DNA of 61,473 bases from Solirubrobacteraceae bacterium (GCA_040510855.1 JBEVIG010000158.1:1-61473), one strand, 5' to 3'. Positions 34,101 to 42,684 are shown, numbered from the stretch's first letter. A program made the numbers and translations. Notes: generated from the sequence alone by a model not told the origin.

Positions 34101-35811
34101 TGGCGTCGAGCTCCCGGCCGCGATGGCGGGCGAGCTCGCGCCGCACGATCTCGTGCCGGCGCTCGTGAAGCGCCGGTGCGCCGGCGGTCTCGGTCACGAC
34201 GAGCGTGAGCAGCACGCGATCACGGTCGTCCGCGACCCGCGTCGTCCCGCGTTCGCCGATGAAGGGCTCGACGGCATCGAGGATCTGATCGGGATCGACG
34301 CCGACGAAGTGGTCGGCTCCCGGCAGCTCGACGAAGCGGGCATCGCGGATGCGCTCGGCGATGTACCGGCCCTCCTCGACGCGGACGTCGTAGTCGGTGC
34401 CGCGATTCATGACGAGCGTGGGAACCCGGATGGCCGGGAGCACGGAGCGGACGTCGATCAGCGAATTCATCTCGTTGAGCGCCCTGATCGCGCCCGGGCT
34501 GGCCGCGGCGCGACAGCGCTCGCCCCACCAGCGCGCCATCGCGTCGTCGGCGGAGGGGCACATCGTCCTCATGTCGGACTCGAAGCCCCAGTCGCGCTCC
34601 AGCGCCTCGATGTACGCGGCGCGTGCCTCCCGCGTCGGCGCCCACGGGTAGTCGGTGTCCGGGTCGAGCCGCTTCGCGTAGGCCCCGTAGAGGATCAGGG
34701 CGCGGCTGCGCTCGGGATAGCTCGCGGCGAAGAGGATCGCCATCGGCGCGCCCTCGGAGTAGCCGAACAGCACGGCGCGCCGGCTGTCGGCCGCGTCCAT
34801 GACCGCGCGCACGTCGTCCATGCGCGTCTCGAGGTCGGGGAGGCCGGCCGGCCGGTCGGAGAGCCCGGTGCCGCGCTTGTCGAAGCGGATCAGGCGACCC
34901 ATCGAGCCGAGCCGTTCGAGGAAGCGGGTATGGCCAGGCTCCTCCCAGTCCTTCTCCAGGTGGGAGACGAACCCGGAGATCAGCACGAGGTCGAGCGGGC
35001 CGTCGCCGGTCACCTGGTAGGCGATGTTCAGCTCGCCGCTGTGCGCGTAGCGGACCGGCGTCCGAGCCCGAGCGGCGGGCGGGTCCAGGGCCGGATCCTG
35101 GCGGAGGACGCGCACCTCGAGCTTCCGGAGCGCCGGACCGGGCTCCAGGCCGAGCTCGTCCGCGAGGGCGCTGCGGCCGCTCCGGTAGACGTGCAGCGCG
35201 TCGGCCTGCCGCCCGCAGCGATAGAGCGCGAGGATCAGCTGGCCGCGCAGGCGCTCCCGGAACGGATGCTCCGCGACGAGCGGTTCGAGCTCGGGCACGA
35301 GCTCGTGATGGCGGCCGAGAGCGAGGTCGGCGTCGACGCGATCCTCGAGTGCGGTGACGCGCAGCTCGTTGAGCCGCGCGATCTCGCGGTCGGCGAACGC
35401 CTCGCCCTGCAGCTCGGTCAGCGGCTCCCCGCGCCACAGCGCGAGCGCATCGCGCAGACAGGACGCGCGCGCGGCCGCATCGTCGTGCGCCCGTGCCCGT
35501 GCGACCAGCGCCTCGAACCGGCCCAGGTCCACCTCGGCGGCCTGGACATCCAGCAGATAGCCCGGCGGGCGCGTCCTGATCCGCTCCGGGCCGACCAGCT
35601 TGCGCAGTGCCGAGATGTGGCCGTGGAGTGCGGTCTGGACGGTTCCGGGCGGCTCATCGCCCCAGAGCGCCTCGATCAGCTGAGCGCCGGACACGACCTC
35701 TCCGCGCCGCAACAGCAGCACGGCGAGCAGCGCCCGCTGCTTGGGGCGCGCCGGGGTCACATCGGACCCACCGTCGACGACGGTCAGCGGACCAAGCAGC
35801 CCGAACTCCAC
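31177..35811 (-). CDS. Large multidomain regulator: SARP (wHTH+BTAD), alpha/beta hydrolase, cyclase-homology domain, AAA/STAND ATPase, TPR
   Basis: 1544 aa with a GTG start. SARP at aa 1-250. Hydrolase with GYSEGA nucleophile elbow and GADHF. Cyclase-like aa 531-660 (nt 33832-34221). Walker A GEAGIGKT (nt 33649-33672). Long helical-repeat C-terminus. Confidence 0.85.
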   Translation of the reverse strand: MEFGLLGPLTVVDGGSDVTPARPKQRALLAVLLLRRGEVVSGAQLIEALWGDEPPGTVQTALHGHISALRKLVGPERIRTRPPGYLLDVQAAEVDLGRFEALVARARAHDDAAARASCLRDALALWRGEPLTELQGEAFADREIARLNELRVTALEDRVDADLALGRHHELVPELEPLVAEHPFRERLRGQLILALYRCGRQADALHVYRSGRSALADELGLEPGPALRKLEVRVLRQDPALDPPAARARTPVRYAHSGELNIAYQVTGDGPLDLVLISGFVSHLEKDWEEPGHTRFLERLGSMGRLIRFDKRGTGLSDRPAGLPDLETRMDDVRAVMDAADSRRAVLFGYSEGAPMAILFAASYPERSRALILYGAYAKRLDPDTDYPWAPTREARAAYIEALERDWGFESDMRTMCPSADDAMARWWGERCRAAASPGAIRALNEMNSLIDVRSVLPAIRVPTLVMNRGTDYDVRVEEGRYIAERIRDARFVELPGADHFVGVDPDQILDAVEPFIGERGTTRVADDRDRVLLTLVVTETAGAPALHERRHEIVRRELARHRGRELDATRDRIVASFDGPARAVRYATAVNDAIKALGIEARTGVHTGEVEIVGGRAHGVALDSAVGAAAAAASGEVLVSQTVTDLVAGSGLEFADRGSRSPPGIPGDRRLLSVVGPERDGPMIGRAEELERLERALRRAGSGTGSAVLVAGEAGIGKTRLVGELARHAGDAGFQVLVGRCLDLVGTELPYQPFVDALRSRGGELAFVDARSAGSQLRVFEQTLALLDGLAARAPVLLVLEDLHWADTSTLDLVAYLAHNLEERCVVLLATYRADEPASAERVGRLADSVGRSGTALMLELDPLAPDELEALIEALAGATAPAVVDAIVARSEGNPFIAEELLAAAGDQSGELPSGLRELLLRRVTRLDRRTKAVLRLAATAGRDVGYRPLVEAAALPEESVRESLRRAVEHGVLVADQDGFRFRHALLAEAISGTLLPGEREELHARLADALARGDPPAAAGELAPHWAAAGRRKEALVASIEAAREAEAVFGLAEALAHLERALTLWPDVPDAAQLAGLDLAELSAWTAEQAVLTGAAPRAVELGKQAVALAGDGDPVRAGLLHAALGRHLLFAGCRDAAVLAFERGVELVPPAPPSPERAQVLAALGHALMLTWRHDESQAICRQAVELARAVGSRAAEVRALGALGVDLAYLGHGEAGLATLRQTLRVAEETRAPQDLDRAYVWLTDVLTMLGRPRESARLAAEAVEVIRRYGIEYGPLIANQVEALVATGEWDEADRVSAAALRLNTANWPHIALIRRAELETGRGDFDAARAHLEAALVSVREDERGSLTYDPLAAELALSEGRWTDADAMVGEGLARARARDAALYRVQLCAHGLRAQAELAALARDRGDADALEGHRARARELRTAARRAATEAAPVTPNADGWRALAEVEHERAWDRAGPEAWSEAAVVWEQLERPPLAASCRWRQAEALVAAGADAAAPLRSANAVAARMGARPLLRELELLAERARLDPPR

Positions 35812-35911
35812 CTTGCGGATTGTCTCACGGGTCAGCCCCGCGTTAGCGGCGCGGCAGGCGCGCGTAAGGCGGGTGCGGGATCGTCGCCCCGCAACCGAAA
35901 GGAGTCCCCCC

Positions 35912-37231
35912 GTGGAGCACCGTCCACAGTCCTTCCACGCTTCTCCCGCCGAGGCGCTCCAGGCGCCGCCGGAGGAGCTCCTCTACCTGGCCTGCCTGCA
36001 CGAGGGCACCGACGTCGAGAGGCCGGACTTCCTCGCCGTCGTCGACGCCGAGCACGGCCGGGTCGTGCACGAGACGCCGATGCCGAACGTCGGCGACGAG
36101 CTGCACCACTTCGGCTGGAACCGCTGCAGCTCCGCCTGCCACGGGCCGGACCGATCGCACCTGATCGTCCCTGGCTTCCGGTCCTCGCGCATCCACGTGG
36201 TGAACGTCGCCGACGACCCGCGGCGGCCGCGGATCGAGAAGGTGGTCGAGCCCGCGGAGATGGTGCGCGAGACCGGGCTGACGCGCCCGCACACCGTGCA
36301 CTGCATGCCGGGCGACAACATCGTCATCAGCATGCTCGGCGACGCCGACGGCAACGGCGCATGCGGCTTCGCCGTCCTGGATGCGCGCACGTTCGAGGTC
36401 AAGGGACGCTGGGAGGACGGCGGTCCCCATCCGGCGCTCAACTACGACTTCTGGTACCAGCCGCGCCAGAACGTGCTCGCGTCGTCCGAGTTCGGCGAAC
36501 CCAACGCGTACGAGTCCGGGTTCGACCTCGACCACGTCGCCGCGGGGCGCTACGGCAGCCGCCTGCACTTCTGGAACCTGGCCGAGCGCCGGCTCGAGCA
36601 GACGATCGAGCTCGGCGAGGCGGGCCTCGTGCCGCTCGAGGTGCGCTGGCTGCATGATCCCGACGCCGACGAGGGCTTCGTCGGCGCTGCGCTCTCGAGC
36701 ACGATGTGGCACTTCCATCGGGACAACGGCGCCTACACGGCCGACAACGTGATCGCGGTGGACGGTGTCGAGCAGGAGGGCTGGCCGTTCCCGGTCCCCG
36801 GCCTGATCACCGACCTGGTCGTCTCGATGGACGACCGCTTCCTGTACTTCTCCAACTGGCTGCACGGCGACCTGCGCCAGTACGACATCAGCGACCCCGC
36901 GCATCCGCGGCTGACCGGCCGGCTCCAGCTCGGCGGCGTCCTGGGCCGGCCGTGCGACGGCCCGCGCGACCTGGGCGGCGGCCCGCAGATGCTGCAGCTC
37001 TCGCTCGACGGCCGCCGGCTCTACGTCACCAACTCGCTGTACTCGACCTGGGACAACCAGTTCTATCCCGGCCTGCGCTCCTGGATGCTGCGCGTCGACT
37101 GCGATCCGGCCGGCGGGATGGAGCTCGACGACGGCTTCTTCGTGGATCTCGCGGACCGGCCGGACGGCCCGGCGCGCGCGCACGAGGTCCGGCTCCAGGG
37201 CGGCGACTGCACCACGGAGATCTTCCAATGA
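35912..37231 (+). CDS. SBP56-family protein (selenium-binding protein / methanethiol oxidase-like)
   Basis: GTG 35912 follows AAAGGAG. Family-typical segments HHFGWNRCSS, RPHTVHCMPGDNIVIS, FWYQPRQNVL and YVTNSLYSTWDNQFYP. No signal peptide. Confidence 0.85.
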   Translation: MEHRPQSFHASPAEALQAPPEELLYLACLHEGTDVERPDFLAVVDAEHGRVVHETPMPNVGDELHHFGWNRCSSACHGPDRSHLIVPGFRSSRIHVVNVADDPRRPRIEKVVEPAEMVRETGLTRPHTVHCMPGDNIVISMLGDADGNGACGFAVLDARTFEVKGRWEDGGPHPALNYDFWYQPRQNVLASSEFGEPNAYESGFDLDHVAAGRYGSRLHFWNLAERRLEQTIELGEAGLVPLEVRWLHDPDADEGFVGAALSSTMWHFHRDNGAYTADNVIAVDGVEQEGWPFPVPGLITDLVVSMDDRFLYFSNWLHGDLRQYDISDPAHPRLTGRLQLGGVLGRPCDGPRDLGGGPQMLQLSLDGRRLYVTNSLYSTWDNQFYPGLRSWMLRVDCDPAGGMELDDGFFVDLADRPDGPARAHEVRLQGGDCTTEIFQ

Positions 37232-37389
37232 CCTTCGCCCACGTCGGAGGCGTCCCGGTCGAGGAGGGGCTGCTGGCCCTCGCCCCGGCCGCGGGCGCCC
37301 TGGCGGTCTTCGTCGCGGCGCCGCTCAGGCGGATCGGCCGATCCGTCCGCCGGCCGCGAGCACGCGCGACGGCGAAGCGAGCGAGGTAG
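37228..37389 (+). CDS. Possible 53-aa single-TM micro-protein coupled to the SBP56 gene
   Basis: ATGA start-stop overlap with the SBP56 gene. Hydrophobic helix GLLALAPAAGALAVFVAAPL followed by an Arg-rich tail. Confidence 0.4.
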   Translation: MTFAHVGGVPVEEGLLALAPAAGALAVFVAAPLRRIGRSVRRPRARATAKRAR

Positions 37390-37398
37390 GCTTGCGGC

Positions 37399-37653
37399 GT
37401 GGCGAGGGTGAAGCACCCGGCCGGGACCGAGCCGTTCGACGTGACCTTGCCCGAGGGCTGGGAGCTCGGGGAACGCCGCGCCGCGTTCGAGGCGGACGCG
37501 AAGCGGTCGGGCTGGTCCGTCGAGCACGACGGCGGCATCGTCGTCGTGCGCGACGTCTGGACGGACAACGAGGACCACGCGGCCTGGCTGGTGGCGTCGA
37601 AGCTCGGCCTGTCGCCCGAGCGGGTCACCGTCTGGGCAGGGCGCGACTCGTAG
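37399..37653 (+). CDS. Small hypothetical protein (84 aa)
   Basis: GTG start. Balanced, non-repetitive composition. No recognisable domain. Confidence 0.4.
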   Translation: MARVKHPAGTEPFDVTLPEGWELGERRAAFEADAKRSGWSVEHDGGIVVVRDVWTDNEDHAAWLVASKLGLSPERVTVWAGRDS

Positions 37654-37670
37654 CTCGATCGCCCCGCGGA

Positions 37671-38939
37671 TCAGCGCAGCCGCGGATCGCGCCGCACCAC
37701 GACCGACGTGTCGTAGCGGCGATAGCTCGAGGCTGAGCCGGTCACGTAGAGCACGACGCCGCGGCCGGCGGCGCCGGTGCTCCGCGGGATCACCGGGCGC
37801 ACGTTGAACTCGTCCGAGTCGCGCGTGAGGGCCTGCGCGATCCACGTGCGGCCGCTGTCCTCCGTCGTACGCAGCTCGATCTCGTTCTGCCCGGCGATGG
37901 TCCGGCTGAGCACGACGCGCGAAGGGTCGGCGTGATCGAGCGTGGCCCCGGCGTTGTGATAGCCGAAGAGCGTTCGCCCGGCGGCCGCAATGGGGTGGGT
38001 CTCCCACGCGCCGGCGTCGAACCGGGCGTACCGGAAGGTGTCGTTCACGCCACGCAGGCTGGTGTAGACGGCGACGGGGTCGCCGCCGGGTCCCTGGGCG
38101 ATGTCCATCGGCCAGGCACGGCCGTCGCGAGGGGCGTGGATCTGCTCCAGGTCCGTGACGGCGGGCGGGCCCTGGTCGAGGTCGCCGAGGACCTCACCGG
38201 CCGCGGAGAGGAAGCGGCCGTCGGCGAAGCGCGCGAAGTACAGGCCGCTCTCCCACGAGGCCGGATGCCCGTCGGAGAAGAGCATCAGGATCGAGCCGTC
38301 GGGCGCCGCGGCGTACTTCGCATAGGGTCGGATCCTCCGGGCGGTCGGGCCGACCGGGGCGCGCACGAGCGTGCGTGCCCGGCTCCAGTGCACGCCGTCG
38401 TCGGTCCACGTGACGTACGGCTCCCAGCACGGACCGCGCATGAAGAGGTACAGCCGGTCGCCGGCCACGACGGGGTTCGGGTAGGTGTAGCCGAGGCCGC
38501 AGCCCGCACCGATCGGGACGGTGCGCATCTCGCTCCATCCGCCGCCGCGCGCCCACGGCCGCGCCGTGGAGCGGTAGCGCATCGCGCTCTGCCGGTCGCG
38601 GGGCCAGAGGTAGCCGCTGTGGGGTGAGCTGAAGGCGAAGATCCGGCCGCGGAACGCCACGAGGCTCGGGTTGTTGTGATCGTCGGCCTCGAGCCGGCCG
38701 AACGGCCGCGAGATCCGCTGCGCGCCCGTCTCGAGGTCCAAGGCCTCGACGACGGGCGCCCCGCCACGCGCCACGCAGCCGGTGAAGAGCGTGCTCCCGA
38801 CGGTCACGGCGCGCGGGTCGCCGAAGTACGACCAGGTGCACGCGCTGACCACGTGGTCCGCAGGCGGCGAGGGCTCGCCGCAGCCGGGCATGAGGAACGA
38901 GCAGAGCGCCGTGAGCAGCGCGATCGTGGAGGAGAACAT
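37671..38939 (-). CDS. BNR/sialidase-like beta-propeller protein, probable lipoprotein
   Basis: Signal or lipoprotein-like N-terminus MFSSTIALLTALCSFLMPGC. WTDDGVHWS and TEDSGRTW BNR-type motifs. Confidence 0.7.
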   Translation of the reverse strand: MFSSTIALLTALCSFLMPGCGEPSPPADHVVSACTWSYFGDPRAVTVGSTLFTGCVARGGAPVVEALDLETGAQRISRPFGRLEADDHNNPSLVAFRGRIFAFSSPHSGYLWPRDRQSAMRYRSTARPWARGGGWSEMRTVPIGAGCGLGYTYPNPVVAGDRLYLFMRGPCWEPYVTWTDDGVHWSRARTLVRAPVGPTARRIRPYAKYAAAPDGSILMLFSDGHPASWESGLYFARFADGRFLSAAGEVLGDLDQGPPAVTDLEQIHAPRDGRAWPMDIAQGPGGDPVAVYTSLRGVNDTFRYARFDAGAWETHPIAAAGRTLFGYHNAGATLDHADPSRVVLSRTIAGQNEIELRTTEDSGRTWIAQALTRDSDEFNVRPVIPRSTGAAGRGVVLYVTGSASSYRRYDTSVVVRRDPRLR

Positions 38940-38977
38940 GTCACCGACGCTCCCGCCGCGCGACGCGCCCGCCCACG

Positions 38978-38989
38978 CCACCTAGGTGG
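38978..38989. promoter_or_regulatory. 12-bp perfect palindrome in divergent promoter region
   Basis: CCACCTAGGTGG lies between the BNR-like gene and the kinase gene. Confidence 0.3.
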
Positions 38990-39021
38990 CGATCGAAGGC
39001 CCCCACCGCTATACAAAGCCG

Positions 39022-40917
39022 ATGGGGGAGCTGCCATCCGGCACGCTCATCGGAGGTTTCCGGATCGAGGAGCTGGTCGGGCGCGGCGGGATGGGCGCGG
39101 TGTACCGGGCGCGCCAGCTCGACCTGGACCGGGATGTCGCCCTCAAGGTGATCGCCCCCGACCGCGTCGAGGAGCCGGGCGCCCGCGAGCGGCTCGTCCG
39201 CGAGGCGCGCGCCGCGGCCGCTGTCGAGCACCCGAACGTCTTGCCGGTCCACGCCGCCGGGATCGATCGCGATCGCGCCTACGTCGTGATGCGGTACGTC
39301 CCGGGGGACGATCTCAAGACGCTCGTCCGGCTTGAGGGGCCCTTCGAGCCGGCGCGGACCGCTGCCGTCGTGATGCAGCTGGCCGAGGCGCTCGACGCGA
39401 TCCACGCAGCGGGCTACGTGCACCGGGACGTCAAGCCCGCGAACGTCCTGGTCGACGCTCGGGGCCACGCGTACGTCGCGGACTTCGGCCTCGCCCGGGC
39501 GGCTGCGGCGACGTCGGGTCTCACGGGCTCCGGCCAGTGGGTCGGGACGACGGACTTCGCCGCGCCGGAGCAGATCCGCGGCGACCCCGTGGACGCGCGC
39601 ACGGATGTCTATGCCCTCGGCGGGCTCCTGTACTTCGTGCTGTGCGGAAGGCCGCCGTTCGCCGGCCGCGAGCCCGAGGCGACCCTCTGGGCGCAGCTCT
39701 CGCAGCCACCGCCGGCGCCGTCCGCCTGCGATCCGGCGCTCGCGCCGTTCGACGCCGTGGTCGCGCGGGCGCTCGCGAAGCGGCCCGAGGAACGCTACGC
39801 GTCAGCGGGCGACCTGGGCCGCGCCGCCGTCGCGGCCGGCGGCGGTGCGCCCGCGCCGCCCGAACGGAGCGTCGCGCGGGGAGCGGCGGCGCTGACCGGA
39901 TCGGCGACCGCGCCCGCCCGCCGCCTGCGGCGCCGCCGGATCACCATGCGCACCGCGAGCATCGCCGCCGGCTTGGTGGTCGTCGCCGGTGCGGCGGTGC
40001 TCGGCGCGGTGCTGCTGTCGACCGACGACGAGCCCCGCCGGCCGCCGGCGCGGGAGCGGGCCGCGACGCTCCCCGCCGTCGGCTCCAGCTTCACGGGCGT
40101 GGGGCATCGCCCGCGCGACGTCGCCTACGCCGAGGATCGCCTGTGGGTCCTCAGCGCGTCGAGGCGCCGGCTCGCGCAGCTCGACCCCGCGACCGGGGAC
40201 CGCGTCGGCGCGCAGCCCGTGGTGGGCGAGGGCACGGTGGATCTCGACGCGCGCGGGCACATCCTGTGGACCGCGAACCGCAGGCAAGGTGAGGTGCGGC
40301 GGATCGACGTCCGCACCGGCGAGGTGCGCCGGTTCGAGCCGCCGCTCCCGCCCGTGCTGGTGGCGGCCACGCGCGACGGCGCCTGGGTGGCGGGCAGCGG
40401 GGGCGAGTCCGCGACCGACAAGCTCTGGCGCCTCGACGGTGACGCCAACGCCCATGGTCCCGCGCTCAGGTTCGCCCGAGGGGTCGGCGCGCTGGCCGTG
40501 GGCGGCGGGTCCGTCTGGGTGGCGAACGCCGATCTGGACCGCGTGCTCGAGCTCCGTCCCGACGGGCGCAGGCGCGGGAGCGAGTTCGGCCCGGGGTCCC
40601 CGTTCGCGCTCGCATGGGGGGCAGGGGCGCTCTTCGCGACCGTCAACCCGCTCACCGTCGCGCGGTTCGAGCCGCGGACCCTGGCCGAGTTCCATCACGG
40701 CGTCGGCGCACAGGGGATGCGGCAGCTGACGGTGGCGGGTGGGCGCGTGTTCGTCGCCGACGACGGTGGCAGCCGCGTGGTGGTGGTCGATCCGGAGACC
40801 CTCGAGACGGTCGTCGCCCTCGACGTCCCCCCGAACCCGTACGGCATGACCGCCGGAGGCGGGCACGTCTGGGTCACCGGGACGGGTGACGACACGGTGA
40901 CGCGGATCGACTACTGA
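39022..40917 (+). CDS. Ser/Thr protein kinase with TM segment and C-terminal beta-propeller-like repeats
   Basis: GRGGMGAVYRA, VALKVI, HRDVKPANVL, DFGLA and APE motifs. TM helix IAAGLVVVAGAAVLGAVLL. Repeated VWV/LWV blades in the C-terminus. Confidence 0.85.
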   Translation: MGELPSGTLIGGFRIEELVGRGGMGAVYRARQLDLDRDVALKVIAPDRVEEPGARERLVREARAAAAVEHPNVLPVHAAGIDRDRAYVVMRYVPGDDLKTLVRLEGPFEPARTAAVVMQLAEALDAIHAAGYVHRDVKPANVLVDARGHAYVADFGLARAAAATSGLTGSGQWVGTTDFAAPEQIRGDPVDARTDVYALGGLLYFVLCGRPPFAGREPEATLWAQLSQPPPAPSACDPALAPFDAVVARALAKRPEERYASAGDLGRAAVAAGGGAPAPPERSVARGAAALTGSATAPARRLRRRRITMRTASIAAGLVVVAGAAVLGAVLLSTDDEPRRPPARERAATLPAVGSSFTGVGHRPRDVAYAEDRLWVLSASRRRLAQLDPATGDRVGAQPVVGEGTVDLDARGHILWTANRRQGEVRRIDVRTGEVRRFEPPLPPVLVAATRDGAWVAGSGGESATDKLWRLDGDANAHGPALRFARGVGALAVGGGSVWVANADLDRVLELRPDGRRRGSEFGPGSPFALAWGAGALFATVNPLTVARFEPRTLAEFHHGVGAQGMRQLTVAGGRVFVADDGGSRVVVVDPETLETVVALDVPPNPYGMTAGGGHVWVTGTGDDTVTRIDY

Positions 40918-41579
40918 TCCGGGCCGACCACGCCGGCCGCCTGCGCCCGTCTCGCGAGCATCGCCCGCTTCTGGTTCTGCGGGACGTCGTCGCCGATCCC
41001 GAAGGTCTCGAAGAGCCGGGACAGGGTTCCCTTGACGGTGTCGACCGCCACGACGAGCTCCGCGGCGATCTCGCGGTTCGACGCCGGAGCGCCACCGTCG
41101 GCGAGCGGCCGGCAGAGCGCGACGAGGACGCGGCGCTGGGCGGGTGTGACCGGGGGGACGTGGACGTCGCCGACCACGGTGGCCGACACCGAGCCCGGGC
41201 CCGGAGCGACGAACGCGATCGTGCTGGCGCCGGCGACGATCACGTCGCCGGGCGCGAGACGGCGGCGGGTCGCGAGTCGCTCGCCGTTGACGAAGGTGCC
41301 GTTGCGCGACAGGCGCTCGTCGGAGAGCACCCACGCGCCCGCGATCCGCTCGAGCGTCGCGTGCAACCTCGAGACCTCGCGGTCCCAATGCAGCGCGATG
41401 TCGGCCTGCGAGCTGCGTCCGACCGTGACCCGGTCACGCCCCTCCCCGAGCTCGACGATCACCTGGCGGTCCTCGCCGTCGCGGTAGAGCAGGAACGGGG
41501 CGCCGCGACGTTCCGCGGCGATACGTGCGCGGAGCTCCTCCGGGCGGGCGACGTGGAGGTCGAGCGGCGTGCGCGGCAT
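40911..41579 (-). CDS. FHA-domain protein with C-terminal LuxR/GerE-type HTH
   Basis: FHA core VTVGRSSQADIALHWDREVSRLHATLER..NGTFVNGERL. HTH region NREIAAELVVAVDTVKGTLSRLFETFGI. Confidence 0.75.
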   Translation of the reverse strand: MPRTPLDLHVARPEELRARIAAERRGAPFLLYRDGEDRQVIVELGEGRDRVTVGRSSQADIALHWDREVSRLHATLERIAGAWVLSDERLSRNGTFVNGERLATRRRLAPGDVIVAGASTIAFVAPGPGSVSATVVGDVHVPPVTPAQRRVLVALCRPLADGGAPASNREIAAELVVAVDTVKGTLSRLFETFGIGDDVPQNQKRAMLARRAQAAGVVGPDQ

Positions 41580-41699
41580 CGACGCCAGCCTACGCCCGGC
41601 ACCCTGAGTACGGGCGCCGGACCTGGAGCGGTCGCGGACGCTGAGCCGGCGAGCACGTCTCCCAGGTTGCCCGAGGAGGCGCTCAATAGATTCCACGGA

Positions 41700-42671
41700 A
41701 TGATGCGCGCTGCCGTGCTCGAGGCGCCCGGACCGCCGGAGGCCCTGCAGGTCCGCGAGCTCCCGATCCCGGAGCCGGCACCGGGGTGGGTGCTCATCCG
41801 GGTCAGGGCGTTCGGCCTGAACCGGTCGGAGCTGCACACCCGGCTCGGGCTCGCCGAGGGGGTCACGTTCCCGCGCGTGCTCGGCATCGAGGCCACCGGC
41901 ACGGTCGTCTCGGCTCCCGGGGGCGAGTTCGAGCCCGGCCGGCAGGTCGCGACGATGATGGGCGGGATGGGCCGCACGTTCGACGGCGGCTACGCCGAGT
42001 ACACGAGCGTTCCCGCCGGGCAGGTCATCCCGTTCACCTCCGATCTGGACTGGGCGACGCTGGGCGCGGTCCCCGAGATGCTCCAGACCGCCCACGGGTC
42101 GCTCACCGTCGGCCTCGACGCCCGGCCCGGCCAGACGCTCCTGATCCGGGGTGGCACCTCATCCGTCGGCATGGCCGCGGCCGTCCTCGCCAAGGAGCAG
42201 GGCCTCACGGTGATCTCGACCACCCGGCGCCCCGAGCGGGTCGCCGCGCTCGAGGCGATCGGCGTCGACCACCCGATCGTGGACCGCGGCGAGGTCGCCC
42301 CGGCCGTACGGGATATCCGCCCCGGCGGGGTGGACGTGGCGATCGAGCTCGTCGGCACGCCCACGCTCCCCGACACCCTGCGCGCCACGAAGGTCCACGG
42401 CGTCGTCTGCTTCACCGGGATGCTCAGCAACGAATGGACCGTGCCCGACTTCTACCCGATCGGCTACCTCCCGCCCGGGGTGCGGCTGAGCGCCTACGGC
42501 GGCGAGGCATCCGACCTCCCGACCGAGGTCCTCCAGTCCTTCCTGGACGGCGTCGCCGCCGGCCGGCTCACGGTCCCCATCGACCGCACCTACACGCTCG
42601 ACGAGATCACGACCGCCCACGCCGACATGGAAGCCGGCAACGCCACCGGCAAGCTCGTCGTGCTCCCGTAG
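41700..42671 (+). CDS. Zinc-type alcohol dehydrogenase / quinone oxidoreductase (MDR family)
   Basis: 323 aa with GLNRSELH, GIEATGTV and the Rossmann motif IRGGTSSVG. Confidence 0.8.
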   Translation: MMRAAVLEAPGPPEALQVRELPIPEPAPGWVLIRVRAFGLNRSELHTRLGLAEGVTFPRVLGIEATGTVVSAPGGEFEPGRQVATMMGGMGRTFDGGYAEYTSVPAGQVIPFTSDLDWATLGAVPEMLQTAHGSLTVGLDARPGQTLLIRGGTSSVGMAAAVLAKEQGLTVISTTRRPERVAALEAIGVDHPIVDRGEVAPAVRDIRPGGVDVAIELVGTPTLPDTLRATKVHGVVCFTGMLSNEWTVPDFYPIGYLPPGVRLSAYGGEASDLPTEVLQSFLDGVAAGRLTVPIDRTYTLDEITTAHADMEAGNATGKLVVLP

Positions 42672-42684
42672 GGCGGCGCGACGG

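Noticed and set aside
35812-35911. Possible SARP-type direct repeats (TTGCGG, TTAGCGG, TAAGGCGG, GTGCGG) between the giant regulator gene and the SBP56 gene.
   Set aside because: The spacings (about 30, 22 and 8 nt) do not follow the 11-nt helical periodicity of known SARP heptad sites. The motif is short and GC-rich enough to occur by chance.
39008-39021. TATACA-like element 6 nt upstream of the kinase ATG, suggesting a leaderless transcript.
   Set aside because: It does not fit the TANNNT -10 consensus and no paralogous conservation supports it, unlike the LuxR promoters.
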